IMG/VR virus record: IMGVR_UViG_3300047462_000030
Strand: one strand, 5' to 3'
Source of the DNA: an uncultured virus (IMG/VR IMGVR_UViG_3300047462_000030)
Lineage: Duplodnaviria; Heunggongvirae; Uroviricota; Caudoviricetes
Length of the DNA stretch: 64,000 nt
The notes below the pieces were generated by a model. The model made no database searches. It saw only the letters and a list, made by a program, of their open reading frames with translations, and had not been told where the DNA came from. This document shows, piece after piece, positions 59,890 to 64,000 of the stretch. The position numbers and the translations under genes are program-made. The stretch's first letter is position 1. Every line of letters begins with the position of its first letter.

Positions 59890-61251
59890 TCAAGCTGCTC
59901 CTCGTTCTTCAATCTCACGTTTATCCTCACCTACAAACATAGCCATACGACTTGCAATATACATACCAAGCTCTGCATCAACATCATACTGTTTGATAAA
60001 GCCCCTGAGTGTACTAGCTGCACGCTTAATAGCTTCCTTCTTGTTTGTGATTAACAACAATAACTTAATCCAATTGTTAATCTTACTTGCTTGCACTGTA
60101 CCTGAGTGTATGCGTACTTCAATTGTATTGTGCTTAGCATGCGCCGTAGCATTGATACCAAAGTATCGCATATCACGACCACCACCATTGATTGCCTCAT
60201 TGAATACTTTTGTCTCTTGACGTTTACAATAGCTACCTGATTGTCTTGAGAAAGGATTCATTGCAAACAAAATATTCTGTGCAGATACAAGGTTATGGAA
60301 TGCAACAACGTGATCTCTGTTACGCATATCTAAGTGAACGTGCATACCACAAGACTTGTTAACCTTAGCATTAGCTGCTAACAATACTTTACTAACTTGC
60401 TCAATAACTTCATAGATATCTTTTTCTTTAGCTAAGATAGTAACCTCATGTGGATACATACCATCTTCAGTACGAATAGAACCGTCTGTCTTTAAACAAA
60501 CATTCTTACCTAAGCCATGCTCAAACAACTTAAATGATAAATCTTCTTGATTGAGATCACAAAAGAATTCAATCTCACATCCAATGTAGTTATCTTTTGT
60601 TTGAGGCTTTTTCTCTTGAAAGACAATCTGTTTGTCTTTACTCTTTAAGAATTTCATAAAAGCTCCCATTTCTTTATTCATATAATCTCGTGGAGATTCG
60701 CCACGTTTAAATACAGGTTGCATTCTATTATGCATTACTCCGCCACAAACTTCATAGGCTATGTTAATACCAAGCTTACTAAGATGTTTACTTCTACGAT
60801 GTACGCGCATCTTTCTAGCATCACGTCTAGCTTGTTGAAACTTTTCACGTATATTCTTTTTAAAATGTTTAAGCTGTTCAAACTTTGTAGCTTTGTCTGA
60901 TAGTTGTATCAATCCTTTGTGAAGCTTTAAGTGACGGACATTGTTAACAATAGACTTATCAAGTGGGGCAAGAACTTCAAAGTCATAGTTAACTTTACCA
61001 ATCATTTTCTTCCATGTACGATTTTTAATATCGTAATCAATCTTGTAAACAGACCTAACTTCTTTCTGTTGATAACGAAAGTCTTTAATCCATTTCTGCA
61101 TCTCAGCACAAGCATACTCAACATTCTTAATAGACTTAACAACTTCTTTGTTCTTGTTGTACTCAGCTAACAAATGCCTGACAGTTTTATACCGAATGAA
61201 ATCGGCTGGCATGGCTTTCTTAGCTAGATTCTGTACGGTTATTTTATACAT
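59890..61251 (-). CDS. Putative amidoligase (COOH-NH2 ligase, glutamine-synthetase-like fold)
   Basis: IGCEIEF, KTDGSI, HEV, NKSCGMHVHLD, RYFGIN, TIEVRIHSGT. Confidence 0.85.
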   Translation of the reverse strand: MYKITVQNLAKKAMPADFIRYKTVRHLLAEYNKNKEVVKSIKNVEYACAEMQKWIKDFRYQQKEVRSVYKIDYDIKNRTWKKMIGKVNYDFEVLAPLDKSIVNNVRHLKLHKGLIQLSDKATKFEQLKHFKKNIREKFQQARRDARKMRVHRRSKHLSKLGINIAYEVCGGVMHNRMQPVFKRGESPRDYMNKEMGAFMKFLKSKDKQIVFQEKKPQTKDNYIGCEIEFFCDLNQEDLSFKLFEHGLGKNVCLKTDGSIRTEDGMYPHEVTILAKEKDIYEVIEQVSKVLLAANAKVNKSCGMHVHLDMRNRDHVVAFHNLVSAQNILFAMNPFSRQSGSYCKRQETKVFNEAINGGGRDMRYFGINATAHAKHNTIEVRIHSGTVQASKINNWIKLLLLITNKKEAIKRAASTLRGFIKQYDVDAELGMYIASRMAMFVGEDKREIEERGAA

Positions 61252-61486
61252 ATCTATCTCCTTCCAATATCGTTTTTAATTTGATAATACATATCCAAAA
61301 TTTCTGCATAGTTATGCTTAACATGAAACCAGATTAGTTTCTTTTTGTGATCTTGGAAGTTAGTCTTGATGTGTGTAATGTTACTCCACTTATCATCTGG
61401 CTTAATACGAAGGATACAATGGTGCGGCAATTGCAAAGATGTATCCCATATCGATTTAAGCTTTAAACGTTTCATAACACCCTCTA

Positions 61487-61515
61487 ATTATAATTGATGC
61501 GCACATTTCTGTCAA
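61487..61515 (-). promoter_or_regulatory. Consensus sigma70 promoter upstream of the amidoligase cluster
   Basis: TTGACA-N17-TATAAT. Confidence 0.8.
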
Positions 61516-61629
61516 GCAATTTACTAAACAGATCTAAAGCTAATGATAAATCAGTAACAGGAATACTAGGATAATCTCCATTCCTATCACTGTATGTAAC
61601 AACATACAAGTGATCGTGCTGTGATAGCT

Positions 61630-62154
61630 TTACCTTATATCCTTTTTTGTTATCGGCGATTTCCTTGATGACCATAACGCTTCCTCCATAGTTTTAATAC
61701 AATCATCTAAGGATAATTGTACCATAGGTTCAAAATGTATTGGCTCATATTGTGAATTTACCCATTGCATTTGATTTAACATTTGTAATGAATATGGTGT
61801 ATTATTTATTATATATGACTGTTGTAATCCTTGATTTGTTAATATTGGAGTATTATAACCTAATTGTGCTGATGAACCACTAGTTCCTTGTATGCCATAG
61901 TTAATATAATTAACCTGACCCAACTGTTGTTGCATTAAATCTTGTGCACTAATATTCGCCGCTTGTTGAATCATTCCACTATGTAATGCTAGGTGTTGTT
62001 GAAAGCCATCATGGTTAGGCATAGGTGTTAGAGTTCTCCTAAGTTCTACAGTTTCTCTATCATGCTTCCATATATCGTAGAAGGAATAGAATAAGAATAA
62101 CAATAAGATTAGTATTGATACTCCTAATATAATTATAAGTATATGATGTATCAT
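61630..62154 (-). CDS. TM-anchored Gln-rich protein
   Basis: N-terminal TM helix, Q-rich low-complexity body. Confidence 0.55.
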   Translation of the reverse strand: MIHHILIIILGVSILILLLFLFYSFYDIWKHDRETVELRRTLTPMPNHDGFQQHLALHSGMIQQAANISAQDLMQQQLGQVNYINYGIQGTSGSSAQLGYNTPILTNQGLQQSYIINNTPYSLQMLNQMQWVNSQYEPIHFEPMVQLSLDDCIKTMEEALWSSRKSPITKKDIR

Positions 62155-62997
62155 TAGAAGCCTCTAAACTTTTTAATAAACCTCATGTTAGCTTCACGAC
62201 GTTTTAAGAATAAGCATTCAACATTGTCTGGTTTATATTCAACTTCAAACTCTGTATCTTTAAGTAAGAACATTGCATCCATTTGTTCAGTCTCAAAGTC
62301 AACACCATACAAGATACCATCCTCTATAGCATAAAGGGTAAACCTTTGACCTGATACTGTAATAACATCACCCGGTTTAAGATTACATATTTCCATACTT
62401 GCTATCCTTTGTTATGATGCCACCATTGGCAGACCTGATATACATTGTAAATGTCTTGTAACCCATATCAGCAAATGCCTCTTGCATTTGACTCATGATA
62501 TAAGATGCTAGATCAAAGCTCGTAGTCTTAATGATAACGTGTGGAGCTTGCACATGATTCTTTGTCTCAAGCAATAACTCCCACTCACCACCAACAATCT
62601 TAGATAACATATCATCCTTACCTTTCATTGGTTCATCAAGACCTAATTGATCTACAGTAAATAACATCTTATCTTTATACCATAGATATGCAATACACAA
62701 AGCACTTACTACAATCATCCACATAATATATTCCTTAACCTTCTGGATAAATATCATATTGAGTATCATCGTTAAAGTAATTGGTGACAACTCTACTGTC
62801 TATAAATTCATTACCGAATCTTTCACGAAGTAACTTAAGACCTACATTAGATACAAAATAATCTATTCCATTTAGATATAGTATATCACCATCTGAAGGT
62901 TCACACTCGTGCATAGTGATAGGACATAAACCTAATTGAGCTTCAAGTGTTTGCATCTTGTATGCTGTCATATCCATTTCTTTATTACGTCTAGGTA

Positions 62998-63459
62998 CTA
63001 CCATCTGCTATCTCCATTGTTGGTGTAAGCCATCTCAGCTTCATCCAGTAATCTTTCACGTTCATCTAATAAACAATCAGGACATCTATGCTCATCATAA
63101 TGAGTAGAACAATCTTGACATTCAAATCTATCTGATCCATAAACATCTGGTATCATATAGTTACCATACTTATCTATACGCATACCAACATACAATGGTA
63201 TGTATCCACACCACCACTTACGTTTAATAAACTTAACTTTAAGTGGAGTATGTTTACGATAAAAGTTAACGCTACTAGCTGACTTAGAATAGAATGTATA
63301 TTCATTTAATGAATTGATAGTTAATATAGTATTACGACCAAGAAAAATATAAGCAGCATCATTCATTATAATTATACGATAAGAATAATACTTAGCCCCA
63401 TCCCATCTATTAGTAGATTTTTTAAATAGGTCATTAGCTTTCTTGAATGTTATCGCCAT
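62998..63459 (-). CDS. Hypothetical protein with C-terminal Zn finger
   Basis: CQDC..CPDC. Confidence 0.55.
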   Translation of the reverse strand: MAITFKKANDLFKKSTNRWDGAKYYSYRIIIMNDAAYIFLGRNTILTINSLNEYTFYSKSASSVNFYRKHTPLKVKFIKRKWWCGYIPLYVGMRIDKYGNYMIPDVYGSDRFECQDCSTHYDEHRCPDCLLDERERLLDEAEMAYTNNGDSRW

Positions 63460-63616
63460 ATTCTAACTCCATATCTTGTTCAATGTAGATAGAAGGTTTA
63501 TGTCCAAACTCTATGAATGCTTCACTAGCTGCATACTCAGCTTCTTCTCTTGATGAGATACAGTTAGCATAAGTAATTGCTTTGCCACTAGAATGTTGTA
63601 CCGTTATTTTATACAT
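63434..63616 (-). CDS. Small protein sharing the N-terminus MYKITVQ with the amidoligase
   Basis: AAGGAG RBS; identical first 7 aa. Confidence 0.6.
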   Translation of the reverse strand: MYKITVQHSSGKAITYANCISSREEAEYAASEAFIEFGHKPSIYIEQDMELEYGDNIQES

Positions 63617-63625
63617 AGTATCTCC

Positions 63626-63985
63626 TTAATGTTTAAAGTTTTCTTGTACTCTATCAAGCCATTCAATATCATCTTTAGGACTTGAGTATTCAACTACTTC
63701 AAAGTTGTGTTTAAAAAGATATACCGTTTGCATATCACCTTCATTGTCTAATACTTCTACAGCATATACATTTTCTTCTGTGCGATTATCTTCTTCTGAC
63801 TCATCATTGTAATTATAATAGTCATCATCTTTATAATACTCATGGTCAATGTCGCCTGTCAACACACCAATCTTACCAAGATAATTTGAAACTGCATAGT
63901 CATAATCATCTGGATCTTCATTAATGTTAACTTTATATTTTAAGTTTTTGATATGAACCTTGCTACCTTGTCTTAACTTTTTCAT
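63626..63985 (-). CDS. SH3-like acidic protein with C-terminal DIEWLDRVQENFK motif
   Basis: MKKLRQGSKVHI...DDIEWLDRVQENFKH. Confidence 0.7.
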   Translation of the reverse strand: MKKLRQGSKVHIKNLKYKVNINEDPDDYDYAVSNYLGKIGVLTGDIDHEYYKDDDYYNYNDESEEDNRTEENVYAVEVLDNEGDMQTVYLFKHNFEVVEYSSPKDDIEWLDRVQENFKH

Positions 63986-64000
63986 TTGACTTTATCCTCA

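Noticed and set aside
59841..59930. ORF-track N-terminal extension of the GATase
   Set aside because: Ntn enzymes need Cys at the N-terminus; ATG 59840 has an AAGGAG RBS and the extension overlaps the amidoligase
131..63985. Stop-codon reassignment
   Set aside because: Long genes are intact in code 11, and TAA, TAG and TGA all end genes at tightly packed junctions
1..64000. Integrase, repressor, terminase, portal, endolysin, RNA polymerase, and host assignment
   Set aside because: None recognisable in this window; they may lie outside it, and the host cannot be inferred reliably from sequence alone

Overview
A 64-kb, AT-rich segment of a tailed dsDNA bacteriophage, probably a lytic podovirus-like one, in two convergent arms that meet near 30.75 kb. 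The + arm (1-30772) is the virion module: a probable major capsid protein with a terminator, two tail-collar fibre proteins, adaptor-like and nozzle-like tail proteins enlarged by inserted beta modules, a GNAT gene, and large Gln/Ala-rich internal (ejection-type) proteins. A conserved 19-bp motif, AATTAACAACTATAnnTGT, precedes three of these genes and is a candidate late promoter. The - arm (30713-64000) is driven by at least seven sigma70-type promoters. It encodes a family B DNA polymerase, an AEP primase-helicase, a Rad52-like annealing protein, a PD-(D/E)XK nuclease, a DnaQ-like exonuclease, uracil-DNA glycosylase, MazG-like and DUF5664 nucleotide hydrolases, two HNH-type nucleases, and apparently exported proteases (ClpP-like, subtilisin) plus a PDZ protein. 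It also carries a cluster of structured non-coding RNAs, including a tRNA-like RNA with an abnormal anticodon arm (51.15-52.16 kb). The best candidate for an undescribed system is at 55.7-64 kb: an amidoligase, class II glutamine amidotransferase and ATP-grasp ligase are interleaved with five small SH3/KOW-like proteins that are otherwise dissimilar but share the motif [ED]-[IV]-[EDN]-[WF]-L-[DN]-[RK]-[VI]-x-x-N-F-[KR]. All product calls come from motifs recognised by eye; no searches were run.
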